A stretch of 64,000 bases of DNA from an archaeon (lineage in GTDB: Archaea; Nanobdellota; Nanobdellia; Pacearchaeales; GW2011-AR1). This document shows, piece after piece, positions 1 to 9,202 of the stretch. The number at the start of each line of letters is the position of its first letter. Positions within the stretch are counted from its first letter, which is position 1. The position numbers and the translations under genes were made by a program. The notes beneath the pieces were generated by a model. That model was not told the origin of the DNA. It did no database searches and saw only the letters and a program-made list of their open reading frames with translations. The stretch covers positions 7,686-71,685 of the forward strand of contig JAIORZ010000011.1 in assembly GCA_021107855.1 (NCBI GenBank). The letters run 5' to 3'.

Positions 1-642
1 AGGAAGTTGGAGGAGATTTTGCGGAAGATTCGGAAGGATGTTTTGATTGTGATGTGTCCGGGGCAGAATGATGCTGTTTGGTTGGGGGAGCCGCAGGCTG
101 CGATTTCGGATAAGTGGGCGCCTGGTTTAGTTGGGATGGAGAATTTATTTTTGGTTTCAAATCCTTGTGAGGTTGAGATTGGTTCGGGTTTTAGGGTTTT
201 GATGTATCATGGGGCGAGTATAAATGGGTTTATTGCTGAGATGCCGAAACTTCGTGGTGTTAAGGTTAGTAAGATTATGGAGGAGATTTTGAGGCGAAGG
301 CATTTGGCGCCGATTTATGGAATTATGGATTATATTCCTAGGAAGGAAAAGGATGATTTGGTTATTGAGAGTGTTCCGGATATTTTTGTTGTGGGTGATA
401 GGCATCGGGCGGAGGTTGAGAGTTATAATAATGTTTTGATGGTTTCGACTTCTTGTTGGCAATCGATTACGCCGTTTGAGGAGAGAGTTGGGAATAAGCC
501 TGACCCTTGTAAGGTGCCGTTGTTTAATTTGAAGACGCGTGAAGTTAAGATTGTGGATTTTAGTGATAGTGAGATTAAGTGGGATGAGGGAGATGATTTA
601 ATTTGTAAATTGGAGGGTTGTGATAATGAAAATTGCGATTGA
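1..642 (+). CDS. polB: DNA polymerase D small subunit DP1, C-terminal part (5' truncated by window)
   Basis: Calcineurin-like PDE motifs PGQND, YHGxS, RRHLAPxYG, PDIFVVGDRH, SCWQSITPFE; lies upstream of DP2. Confidence 0.9.
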   Translation, partial: RKLEEILRKIRKDVLIVMCPGQNDAVWLGEPQAAISDKWAPGLVGMENLFLVSNPCEVEIGSGFRVLMYHGASINGFIAEMPKLRGVKVSKIMEEILRRRHLAPIYGIMDYIPRKEKDDLVIESVPDIFVVGDRHRAEVESYNNVLMVSTSCWQSITPFEERVGNKPDPCKVPLFNLKTREVKIVDFSDSEIKWDEGDDLICKLEGCDNENCD

Positions 643-1234
643 TATTGATGAGGTTGTTGTGAAATTTGTTGAGAGGTATTTGGAAGTTGCTAAGAGTCGA
701 GGATATAAGAGTGTTTTATATGAGGATGTTTTTACTTATAATTTATGGAAGGTTTTGGAGATTGAGAAGAAAGTGATGTTTGATATAATGGAGGAATATA
801 ATTTGATGGGTTATTATAAGGATGTTATTTTTGTTGAGGGTGCGCAAAAAGGGGTGAGGTTTTTGAGAGATAATTATGATATTTATTTTATTACATCGAG
901 GCCGAAGAGTATTTCTAAGGTGACCCGTGATTTAATTTTTAATGAGTTTGGGGTTTTGGGAGATAGGGTGATTTTTTCTGGGGATGTTTTGGGTGGAGCT
1001 AAGAATAAGGATGAGATTTGTAGGGAATTGGGGATTAAGGTTATTATTGAGGATAGTGAGGACGAATCTCTTGGTTACGCTAAGAATGGGTTGAGGGTTT
1101 TGTTATTAGACAAGCCTTGGAATCAGAGTGTTAAGCATGAGAATGTTTGTCGGTGTAGGGATTGGGGAGAGATTTTGGAGAGAGTTGAGGTCCTCGACGG
1201 ACATGACTCTAGTGAGCCCGAGGTGAAAGAATGA
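626..1234 (+). CDS. HAD-superfamily 5'(3')-deoxyribonucleotidase (NT5C-like)
   Basis: IAIDIDEV, ITSR, K..IIEDS, LLDKPWN motifs; ATG at 626 overlaps the DP1 end. Confidence 0.8.
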   Translation: MKIAIDIDEVVVKFVERYLEVAKSRGYKSVLYEDVFTYNLWKVLEIEKKVMFDIMEEYNLMGYYKDVIFVEGAQKGVRFLRDNYDIYFITSRPKSISKVTRDLIFNEFGVLGDRVIFSGDVLGGAKNKDEICRELGIKVIIEDSEDESLGYAKNGLRVLLLDKPWNQSVKHENVCRCRDWGEILERVEVLDGHDSSEPEVKE

Positions 1235-4200
1235 AGAAGTATTTTGAGGACTTGAAGAGAAATGTGGATGCGGCTTATGTTGCGGCGCGTGAGGCTCGGT
1301 CAAAGGAGTTGGATTCTGTTGGTGATGTTGAGTGTCCTTTGGCTATGACGATGGCGGAGCGAGCTGTTAATTTGGTTAAAACTATTTATTCTGGTTTGTC
1401 GGTTGAGAAGGTTTCTGTGCGGATTTTGGAATTGGAAGAGAGGTATGGGAAATTGGATTCTACGGTTGCGTTTGTTGTTGCTAGGGAAATTGCGGAGGGG
1501 AAATTTGGGAAGTTTGGGGGTGAGCTTGAGAGAATTGATATTGGGATTCGTGTTGGTTTTGCTTATATGACCTTGGGGGTTGTTGCGAGTCCGATTGAGG
1601 GTTATACTGGTTTGAGGTTGGGGAAGACGAAGAGTGGTGAGAATTATTTTATTGTGAGTTTTAGTGGGCCGATTCGGAGTGCTGGGACTACGAGTGTTTG
1701 TTTGGTTTTGATGTTGATTGATTATTTAAGGGAGAGTTTTGGGTATGCGAAGTATGATTCTAATGAGGAGGAGGTTGGAAGGTATGTGGCGGAAAACAGG
1801 GATTTCCATGAGAGGGTTAGTAATTTGCAGTATTTTCCGACTGAGAAAGAGATTAGGTTTTTGGCTGAGGGTTTGCCGATTCAGATTGATGGTGACCCGA
1901 CCGAGCGGATTGAGGTTTCGAATTTTAAGGATTTAGATAGGGTTGGAACGAATCGGATTAGGGGTGGTATGTGTTTGGCTTTTTCGGAGGGGTTGGCTCA
2001 GAAAGCGGGGAAGGCTTTGGGTCGTTTAAGGGGGGTGAAGAAAAATGGTGTGGTTTGTAGTGGTTGGGATTATTTAGAAGATTATTTGATTTTGCATAAA
2101 AAGAAAGAGGCGGGAGATGTGGAAGTTGAAGCGACTTATATTAAGGATTTGGTTGCAGGACGTCCTGTTTATGGGCATCCGGGTCGGTCGGGTAGTTTTC
2201 GGTTTCGTTATGGGAGAGGTAGGACGGCTGGGTTTAGTGCGGTTTCAGTTCATCCTGCGACGATGGGTGTTACTGGCGGGTTTTTGTCTCATGGGACACA
2301 ATTGAGATTGGAGCGACCGACGAAAGGCTGTATTATAACTTCTTGTGATTCCATTGATGGACCTATTGTGAAATTGAAGGACGGTTCGGTTAGGAGACTT
2401 AGTGATTATGATGAGGCTCGTAAGTTGTATAATGATGGAGAGATTGAGGAAATTATTTATTTGGGGGATATTTTGTTTCCTGTTGGGGATGTGATTGATA
2501 GGAATGCGGATTTGGTGAGGTCTGGGTATGTTGAGGAGTGGTGGGCGCTTGAGGTTGGAGAAGAGTTAGATGTTGAAAATTTGAGTTTTGAAGATGTCGT
2601 GAAAATTAGTAAAGAGAAAAGGGTTCCGCTTCATCCAGATTTTATTTTTTATTGGTCGCAGATTTCTAATGAGAAATTTGTTGGTTTGTTGAAGTGGTTG
2701 AATGGAGGGATTTGGCGTGCGGGTAAGTTGGTGTTGAATTGGGAAAGGGGTGTTAGGGAGCAGTTTGACTCGGGGAAGCGGGCGCTTGAGATTTTGGGTG
2801 TGGAGCATGAAGTTGTGTTGGATAATATTGTTGTTGAAAAGGATGCTCGGGCATTGTTGTTTAATCTTGGGAAGTCGGAAGTTTATAATGGAGAGGTTTT
2901 GGAGTTTAAGGCGGATGAGAGTGACGAAAGGGATGTTTTGGAGATTGTGAATGGGTTGTGTGAATTTGAAGTGAAAGATAAGGCTGGGGTTTTTATTGGG
3001 GCTCGAATGGGTCGGCCCGAAAAAGCGAAGTTGCGGAAGTTGGCGGGTAGTCCGAATGCTTTGTTTCCTGTTGGGAATCAGGGTGGGAGATTGAGTAGTA
3101 TTCAGGAGGCGATTGAGAAGGGTTTTGTTAGAGGGGATTTTCCGGTGTTTAAATGTGGATGTGGCGAGGTTGGTTTTTGTGAGAGGTGTTTGGCGTGTGG
3201 AGAGAAAGGAGTGAGGATGAATTATTGTCGGCAGTGTAATGAGATTAAGGATGGGGAGTGCAAGTTGCATGGCGAGGTTGGTTTTTTTTGGAATAGGAAG
3301 GTTGAAATTGGAGGGTATTTTAATAGGGCGATTGAGGATTTGGGTTTTAAGGATTTTGAGGTTCCGGCGATGGTTAAGGGGGTGAAGAGGTTGAATAGTA
3401 AGTTGAGGGTTCCGGAGAATTTGGCGAAGGGGATTTTGCGGGCGAAGTTTGGTTTGAGTGTTAATAAGGATGGGACGATTCGTTATGATGCTACGGAGAT
3501 TCCGTTGACACATTTTAAGCCGAAGGAGGTTGGGGTTGGTTTTGAGAAGATTAGAGAGCTTGGATATTTGAAGGATGTTGGTGGGAAGGATTTGGTGAGT
3601 GATGACCAAATTTTGGAGTTGAAGCCGCATGATATTGTTTTACCTAATTGTTCTGAGGCGAAGGATGAGAGGGCTGGCGAGGTGTTTTTTAATATTGCGA
3701 ATTTTGTTGACGAGGAGTTGAGTAGGTTTTATGGGTTGGAGCGGTTTTATAATTTGGAGGGTAGGGGTGATTTGATTGGGGTTGAGGTTGTTTGTATGGC
3801 GCCGCATAATTGTGCTGGTGTTATTGGGAGGATTATTGGGTTTTCAAATATGCAGGGTTTGTTGGCGAGTCCGTATATGCACGCAGCGATGAGGCGGGAT
3901 TGTGATGGGGACGAGTGTTCGGTTATGTTGTTGATGGATGTTTTGTTGAATTTTTCTAGAGAGTTTTTGCCGAGTCATCGTGGTGGTCGGCAGGATGCGC
4001 CGTTGGTTCTGAATGCGAGGATTAGAGCAGGGGAGGTTGATGACCAGATTTTGTTTTTTGAGAGTTGTGGGAAATATCCGTTGGAATTATATAAGGCTGC
4101 CGAGCAGGGGTTGCATTCAAGTGTGATTAAGAATAAGGTTGAGACGATTTCGGATAAATTGAAAGCTGGAGAGGATGGGTTTGTTGGAAATGGTTTTAGT

Positions 4201-4647
4201 CATGATACCGGTGATTTTAATTTTGGTAATAATAATGGAATGTATAAGGTTTTGCCGACGATGAAAGAGAAGGTCGCGGCGCAGATGGAGTTGGCGGGGA
4301 AGCTTCGTTCGGTTGATGAGGACGATGTTGCAAGGTTGGTTTTGGAGAGGCATTTTCTTCGGGATATTCGTGGGAATTTGCGGAAGTTTGGGAGGCAGGG
4401 TTTTAGGTGTTCGGTTTGTAATGAGAAATATCGCCGGGTGCCGTTGAAGGGGAGTTGTTTTAAGTGTGATGGGAAGGTGATTTTCACGGTGAGTGAGGGG
4501 AGTGTTCGGAAGTATTTGGAGCCGGCGATGGAGTTGGTTAGGGATTATAATATTTCGAGTTATACTAAGGAGAATGTGGAGCTGATAGGGGATTATATTG
4601 AGAGGATTTTTGGGAAGGGGGAGGAGCAGAGTAGTTTGGGATTATGA
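1231..4647 (+). CDS. polC: DNA polymerase D large subunit DP2
   Basis: GPIRSAGTT, RFRYGRGR, HAAMRRDCDGDE catalytic motif, C-terminal Zn finger; no intein-sized insertion. Confidence 0.97.
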   Translation: MKKYFEDLKRNVDAAYVAAREARSKELDSVGDVECPLAMTMAERAVNLVKTIYSGLSVEKVSVRILELEERYGKLDSTVAFVVAREIAEGKFGKFGGELERIDIGIRVGFAYMTLGVVASPIEGYTGLRLGKTKSGENYFIVSFSGPIRSAGTTSVCLVLMLIDYLRESFGYAKYDSNEEEVGRYVAENRDFHERVSNLQYFPTEKEIRFLAEGLPIQIDGDPTERIEVSNFKDLDRVGTNRIRGGMCLAFSEGLAQKAGKALGRLRGVKKNGVVCSGWDYLEDYLILHKKKEAGDVEVEATYIKDLVAGRPVYGHPGRSGSFRFRYGRGRTAGFSAVSVHPATMGVTGGFLSHGTQLRLERPTKGCIITSCDSIDGPIVKLKDGSVRRLSDYDEARKLYNDGEIEEIIYLGDILFPVGDVIDRNADLVRSGYVEEWWALEVGEELDVENLSFEDVVKISKEKRVPLHPDFIFYWSQISNEKFVGLLKWLNGGIWRAGKLVLNWERGVREQFDSGKRALEILGVEHEVVLDNIVVEKDARALLFNLGKSEVYNGEVLEFKADESDERDVLEIVNGLCEFEVKDKAGVFIGARMGRPEKAKLRKLAGSPNALFPVGNQGGRLSSIQEAIEKGFVRGDFPVFKCGCGEVGFCERCLACGEKGVRMNYCRQCNEIKDGECKLHGEVGFFWNRKVEIGGYFNRAIEDLGFKDFEVPAMVKGVKRLNSKLRVPENLAKGILRAKFGLSVNKDGTIRYDATEIPLTHFKPKEVGVGFEKIRELGYLKDVGGKDLVSDDQILELKPHDIVLPNCSEAKDERAGEVFFNIANFVDEELSRFYGLERFYNLEGRGDLIGVEVVCMAPHNCAGVIGRIIGFSNMQGLLASPYMHAAMRRDCDGDECSVMLLMDVLLNFSREFLPSHRGGRQDAPLVLNARIRAGEVDDQILFFESCGKYPLELYKAAEQGLHSSVIKNKVETISDKLKAGEDGFVGNGFSHDTGDFNFGNNNGMYKVLPTMKEKVAAQMELAGKLRSVDEDDVARLVLERHFLRDIRGNLRKFGRQGFRCSVCNEKYRRVPLKGSCFKCDGKVIFTVSEGSVRKYLEPAMELVRDYNISSYTKENVELIGDYIERIFGKGEEQSSLGL

Positions 4648-4699
4648 AATATGTAGTCATTTTAAAGTGATTATTTATAGGAAAGTTTATATATTATAA

Positions 4700-5095
4700 T
4701 TGATGGGATTAGATATGGAAGAATTGCGAAATGTTATTATTAAACCTCTTATGAAAGGAAGTAGTATAATAGAGAGAAACCCTTTAGTGTTATTAATTTT
4801 GGAGGGTTCAGATGGTGCTGAGCAATTAGTTCTAGGTGAATTTGAAGAAATGAGGGGTTCTCGTCAAGAACCAAAGATAAAATTAGAAAATTCAATAGTT
4901 TTTAAGCGTCCTGACCAGACTCATTATTCCGATTGTCAAGATCATTATTCTCTTCCACGTGTTACTGATTCTCCCGAAAATGGAGAATATTCTTCATTAT
5001 GGAGCTTTGCATATACTGGAAGTAAAAAAATTATTAAAGAGCTCAAAAAAAGAGAAGATTGGACAAGTCCATATGCAGGCTTGATAAAAAGATAA
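4700..5095 (+). CDS. hypothetical protein (AT-rich orphan)
   Basis: 131-aa ORF; composition less G/T-skewed than its neighbours. Confidence 0.55.
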   Translation: MMGLDMEELRNVIIKPLMKGSSIIERNPLVLLILEGSDGAEQLVLGEFEEMRGSRQEPKIKLENSIVFKRPDQTHYSDCQDHYSLPRVTDSPENGEYSSLWSFAYTGSKKIIKELKKREDWTSPYAGLIKR

Positions 5096-5148
5096 TTTTG
5101 ATTGATTATTTGTTTTTATTGTTGTAACTTAACAAGAGCACGACAATT

Positions 5149-5157
5149 TTTTTAAAG
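5149..5157 (+). promoter_or_regulatory. archaeal TATA box of dnaE
   Basis: TTTTTAAAG about 21-29 nt upstream of ATG 5178, the leaderless spacing seen for other genes in the window. Confidence 0.55.
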
Positions 5158-5177
5158 TGGTTTGACTTTTTTGGAAG

Positions 5178-8100
5178 ATGGGGTTCACGCATTTACATTT
5201 ACATACGGAGTATTCTCTTTTGGACGGGGCGACGAAGGTTGATGAATTGTTTGGCAGGGTGAAGGAGTTGGGGCAGGATGCGGTTGCGATTACGGAGCAT
5301 GGAAATATGGGGGCTGTGATTAAGAAATATCAGGCGGCGAAGAAAGCTGGGGTTAAGTTGATTATGGGTTGTGAGGTTTATGTTTGTGATGATATTGGGA
5401 TTAAGGATAAGGACGCGAAGAGGTATCATTTGATTTTGTTGGCGAAGGATTTGGAGGGTTATCAGAATTTAGTTAAGCTTGATTCGATTGCGAATAATGA
5501 GGGTTTTTATTATAAGGCTCGGGTTGATAAGAAATTGTTGCGGAAGTATTCTAAGGGATTGATTTGTATGACGGCGTGTTTGGCGAATGATGTTGACCAG
5601 GCGGTTGTTGGTGGGGACGAGGAGAGGGCGAAGAAGTTGATTGAAGAATATATTGATATTTTTGGGAAGGAGAATTTTTATTTAGAGGTGCAGGATCATG
5701 GGATTTCTGAGGAGAAGGTTGTTGCCGATTTTTATAAGAGAATTGCGAAAGAAATGGATTTGAAGATTGTTGCGACTTGTGATTCGCATTTTTTGAAGAA
5801 GGATGATGCTTATGCTCATGAGGTTATGCTTGCGATTCAGACTAATGGTGATATGAATGTTGAGAAACGATTTAAGTTTTCTGGGAGTGGATATTGGATT
5901 AAGAGCGAGGAGGAGATGAGGAAGATTTTTCCGCAGGAGTATTTAGACTTGAGTTGTGAGATTGCTGATAGGTGTAATGTTGAGTTGGAGATGGGTGAGC
6001 CGATTTTTCCTGATTTTGAGACGCCGGATGGTTCGACGCATAGGGAGTATTTGTATAAGTTGTGTAAGAACGGGGTTGATAGGATTTATGGGGATAGGGA
6101 TAATTATGAGGAGGCTTTGAAGAGGATGGAATTTGAGTTGGATGCGATTTCGAATATGGGGTTCGAGGCGTATTTTTTGATTGTTGCGGATTTTATCGAG
6201 GACGCGAAGAAACATTGTCAGGTTGGGCCGGGACGAGGGAGTGGTGCGGGTTCGATTGTTGCGTATGCTTTGGGGATTACTCAGCTTGACCCCTTGGAAT
6301 TAGGATTGTTGTTTGAGAGGTTTATTAATCCAGATAGGATTTCATTACCGGACTTTGATATTGATTTTGGGGATAAGGATGTTGTTTTGGATTATGTTCG
6401 GAAGAAATATGGTGAGGATAAGGTGTCGTTGATTGGGACGTTTGGGACGATGAGTGCGAAGGCGGTTTTGAAAGATGTGATGAGGGTTTTTAGGGTTCCG
6501 TTTGATGAGGCGAATGCGATTACGAAGTCGGTTGCTGAAGGGACGATTCAGAAAAGTTTGGATGCCGAGAGGGATGGGCATTTGACGGACGAGGCTAGGA
6601 AGCTTCGGGATTTTGAAAAGAAGTTTAAAAAGATTTTTAAGATTGCGAAAAGGCTGGAGGGCTGTGTTCGGCATAAGGGTGTTCATGCTTGTGGTGTTGT
6701 TTGGGGGAAGAAAGCGATTAATGAATATATTCCGACTTATGGGAAGAATGGAGATGTGATTACGCAGATTGAGGGACCAGATGTCGAGAGTTATGGTTTG
6801 GTGAAGTTTGATTTTTTGGGGCTGGAGACTTTAAATGTTGTGAAGAAGGTTTTGGATGCGATTGGGAAGGATTCGGAGTGGTTGGAAAATATTCCGATGG
6901 ATGATGATTCGGTTTATGAGATGTTGCGGGATGAAAAGAGTATTGGGGTTTTTCAGATTGAGAGCGAGGGAATGAGGAAGGTTTTGGCGCAGATTAAACC
7001 TACTTGTTTTGATGATATTATTGCGATTGTTGCGCTTTATCGTCCTGGTCCGATGCAATATATTCCTATGTATGCGAATAGGAAGGCAGGTAGGGAGGCG
7101 GTTAGTTATGTTCATCCTAATGCTGAGAAAATTTTGGCGCCGACTTATGGGATTATGGTTTATCAGGAGCAGGTGATGCAGTTGAGTCGGGCTTTGGCTG
7201 GGTTTAGTGCGGGGGACAGTGATGTTTTGAGGAAGGCGATTGGGAAGAAAATTTTAGCTTTGATGGAAAAAATGGAGGGGCAGTTTAAGTCGGGTTGTGT
7301 TAAGCATTCAGGGATGGAGAAGAGTGAGGTGAATCATTTATGGGATGATATTGTGAAGTTTGCGGCTTATAGTTTTAATAAATCTCATGCAGCTGCGTAT
7401 GCTTTGATTTCGTATCGGACCGCTTACTTGAAGAAGTATTATCCTGTTGAGTTTTATGCTGCGACGATTTCTTCGGCTGTTAAGAATCCTGAGAAGTTGG
7501 CGCTTTATTTGGAATCTGCTAGGGGTGAGGGTATTAAGATTTTGCATCCAGATATTAATAGTTCGAAAGAGGATTTTTCGGTTGATTTAGTCGAGGTTCG
7601 CGAGGAAGATTTTCCACAAAAAGTCAAGGAGTCTTCGACTCACGTGACTTCTCGTGGAGGGAAGGTTGGGAGTTTTATGGAGAAAGATGAAAAGAGGCAT
7701 GAGAAAGTGATTCGTGTGGGGTTGAGTGGGATTAAGAATGTTGGAGGAGAGGCTATGGCGAAGATTCTCGAGGGGCGACCGTATAAGTCATATCAGGATT
7801 TTATTAATAGGGTTGATTTATCGAAGGTGAATAAGAGAGTTTGTCATAGTTTGATTTCGGTTGGATGTTTTGATGATATGGGGATTAATAGGGCGAGTTT
7901 GCTTTCTGTTTATGATAGGGTTTGTGTGACCCAGAATTCTCGTGAGAAGCAGATGGCGCTTTTTGGTGGGGGGATTGCAAATGTTGTGGAGTATCCTGAT
8001 TTGGAGCCGTTGAGCTTGAAGGAGCAGTTGGATTTGGAGGAGGAGTTGTTGGGGGTTTGTGTTTCGGGGCATGCGGTTGATGCTTACGCTGAGTCTAAGA

Positions 8101-8408
8101 ATAATGAGTTTGTTCCTTTTAATAAATTGAAAGAGGATTTGGAGGTGGATGTTTTTGGTTTGGTTAAGAGGTTTACGAAGATTATGACGAAGAAAGGGGA
8201 TGATATGGCGTTTATGGATTTGAGTTCTAGGTCTGGGGATTTGAAAGTGACGATTTTCCCTCGGGATTTTGAGAAGATGAGGGAGGATGCGGAGAGGATT
8301 AAGATTGGGGATGGCGTGAAGATTGCGGGGAAACTTAAGGAAAGTGAGGAGTTTGGGGATGCGTTTATTGCTAAGAGTGTTTTGGTTTGTTCTCCTGTTG
8401 CAAAGTAG
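5178..8408 (+). CDS. dnaE: DNA polymerase III alpha subunit (DnaE, family C), bacterial type
   Basis: PHP domain (HLHLHTEYSLLDG, TEHG, GCE, CDSH), GRGSGAGS, PDFDIDF, KFDFLGL, YQEQ, YSFNKSH, C-terminal OB fold. Confidence 0.97.
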   Translation: MGFTHLHLHTEYSLLDGATKVDELFGRVKELGQDAVAITEHGNMGAVIKKYQAAKKAGVKLIMGCEVYVCDDIGIKDKDAKRYHLILLAKDLEGYQNLVKLDSIANNEGFYYKARVDKKLLRKYSKGLICMTACLANDVDQAVVGGDEERAKKLIEEYIDIFGKENFYLEVQDHGISEEKVVADFYKRIAKEMDLKIVATCDSHFLKKDDAYAHEVMLAIQTNGDMNVEKRFKFSGSGYWIKSEEEMRKIFPQEYLDLSCEIADRCNVELEMGEPIFPDFETPDGSTHREYLYKLCKNGVDRIYGDRDNYEEALKRMEFELDAISNMGFEAYFLIVADFIEDAKKHCQVGPGRGSGAGSIVAYALGITQLDPLELGLLFERFINPDRISLPDFDIDFGDKDVVLDYVRKKYGEDKVSLIGTFGTMSAKAVLKDVMRVFRVPFDEANAITKSVAEGTIQKSLDAERDGHLTDEARKLRDFEKKFKKIFKIAKRLEGCVRHKGVHACGVVWGKKAINEYIPTYGKNGDVITQIEGPDVESYGLVKFDFLGLETLNVVKKVLDAIGKDSEWLENIPMDDDSVYEMLRDEKSIGVFQIESEGMRKVLAQIKPTCFDDIIAIVALYRPGPMQYIPMYANRKAGREAVSYVHPNAEKILAPTYGIMVYQEQVMQLSRALAGFSAGDSDVLRKAIGKKILALMEKMEGQFKSGCVKHSGMEKSEVNHLWDDIVKFAAYSFNKSHAAAYALISYRTAYLKKYYPVEFYAATISSAVKNPEKLALYLESARGEGIKILHPDINSSKEDFSVDLVEVREEDFPQKVKESSTHVTSRGGKVGSFMEKDEKRHEKVIRVGLSGIKNVGGEAMAKILEGRPYKSYQDFINRVDLSKVNKRVCHSLISVGCFDDMGINRASLLSVYDRVCVTQNSREKQMALFGGGIANVVEYPDLEPLSLKEQLDLEEELLGVCVSGHAVDAYAESKNNEFVPFNKLKEDLEVDVFGLVKRFTKIMTKKGDDMAFMDLSSRSGDLKVTIFPRDFEKMREDAERIKIGDGVKIAGKLKESEEFGDAFIAKSVLVCSPVAK

Positions 8409-8450
8409 GCTAATGAGAATGTTTAAGTATGGAAGTTTGTTGTTGATGTT

Positions 8451-8654
8451 ATGGTAAAAGTGGAAACACAAGCTGCACCAGCGGTTGCGACTCCTGCGAC
8501 TTCGGCTCCGGCTGAAGCGGCTACGACTCCCGCGACTCCTGCGACTCCTGCTGCGGTTCCAGCAAAAGAAGGTGGTTCTAAAATGTGGCTTTGGATGGGG
8601 ATTGTCGCTGCGGTTATTGTCGTCGCTGGTCTTGCATACTGGTTGCTAATTTAG
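8451..8654 (+). CDS. small Ala/Pro/Thr-rich protein with C-terminal TM anchor
   Basis: ATPAT repeats, then hydrophobic C-terminal helix; TTTAAG box upstream. Confidence 0.75.
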   Translation: MVKVETQAAPAVATPATSAPAEAATTPATPATPAAVPAKEGGSKMWLWMGIVAAVIVVAGLAYWLLI

Positions 8655-8788
8655 AGGAACTTAACTTCTTGATTTAGAATTATTTTAGTTTTACTGCGGT
8701 TCTAAAAGTAGTGCTCGAGATGCCTCGAATGTTGATATAACTTTTTGATGATATAAATACTTAAATAATTAGAGGTGGTTTTTGTTTT

Positions 8789-9190
8789 ATGGATGAAAGA
8801 TTAGTCTTTAAATTTTATGATATATATACGAAAAATTTACGTAGGTTGCGTTTTTCTTTTATGCCTGGAGCTAGGAGAAAAGTTAAAGGAAATATGAAAT
8901 CTGCTGTTAATGGGATTAAGCGAAACTTGTCCCAAAGTGAGGATATTTTTATTCCTCTTAGAGATGGGTTGATTGAAAAATTACGGGATTGTGGGCAAGA
9001 TTGTTTTTATGATGCCAAGGAAGTCCGAAGGTGGTATGAGGTTATGGAGAGATTAAACAATAGGAGCACGAGGAAAGAGGAATATAGGGAATTGCAACAT
9101 AATTTTAGATTTAGAGAATATCTGAGTAAAGCGGATATTGAGAATTATGCAAAATATTTAGAGAGAGAGTTGGAGCGTAGAAGGGGTTAG
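8789..9190 (+). CDS. hypothetical protein
   Basis: 133-aa ORF with TATA-like element upstream. Confidence 0.6.
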   Translation: MDERLVFKFYDIYTKNLRRLRFSFMPGARRKVKGNMKSAVNGIKRNLSQSEDIFIPLRDGLIEKLRDCGQDCFYDAKEVRRWYEVMERLNNRSTRKEEYRELQHNFRFREYLSKADIENYAKYLERELERRRG

Positions 9191-9202
9191 GTTGTTAGAA
9201 TT

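Noticed and set aside
1192..1223. Short CCTCG...CGAGG hairpin in the nucleotidase C-terminal tail, possibly another coding mini-element
   Set aside because: Only a 5-bp stem and no second copy found in the window; too weak to call
2566..3630. Long antisense ORFs (also 7818-8471, 26806-27579, 44214-45197, 61730-62716 and many shorter ones)
   Set aside because: Shadows of real genes: the G/T-biased codons leave the opposite strand poor in stop codons, and the products are I/N/L/P/Q-rich with no motifs
4700..9190. dnaE region as a prophage or integrated mobile element
   Set aside because: No integrase, att repeats or virion genes seen, and dnaE codon bias matches the host; only the two flanking orphans look foreign
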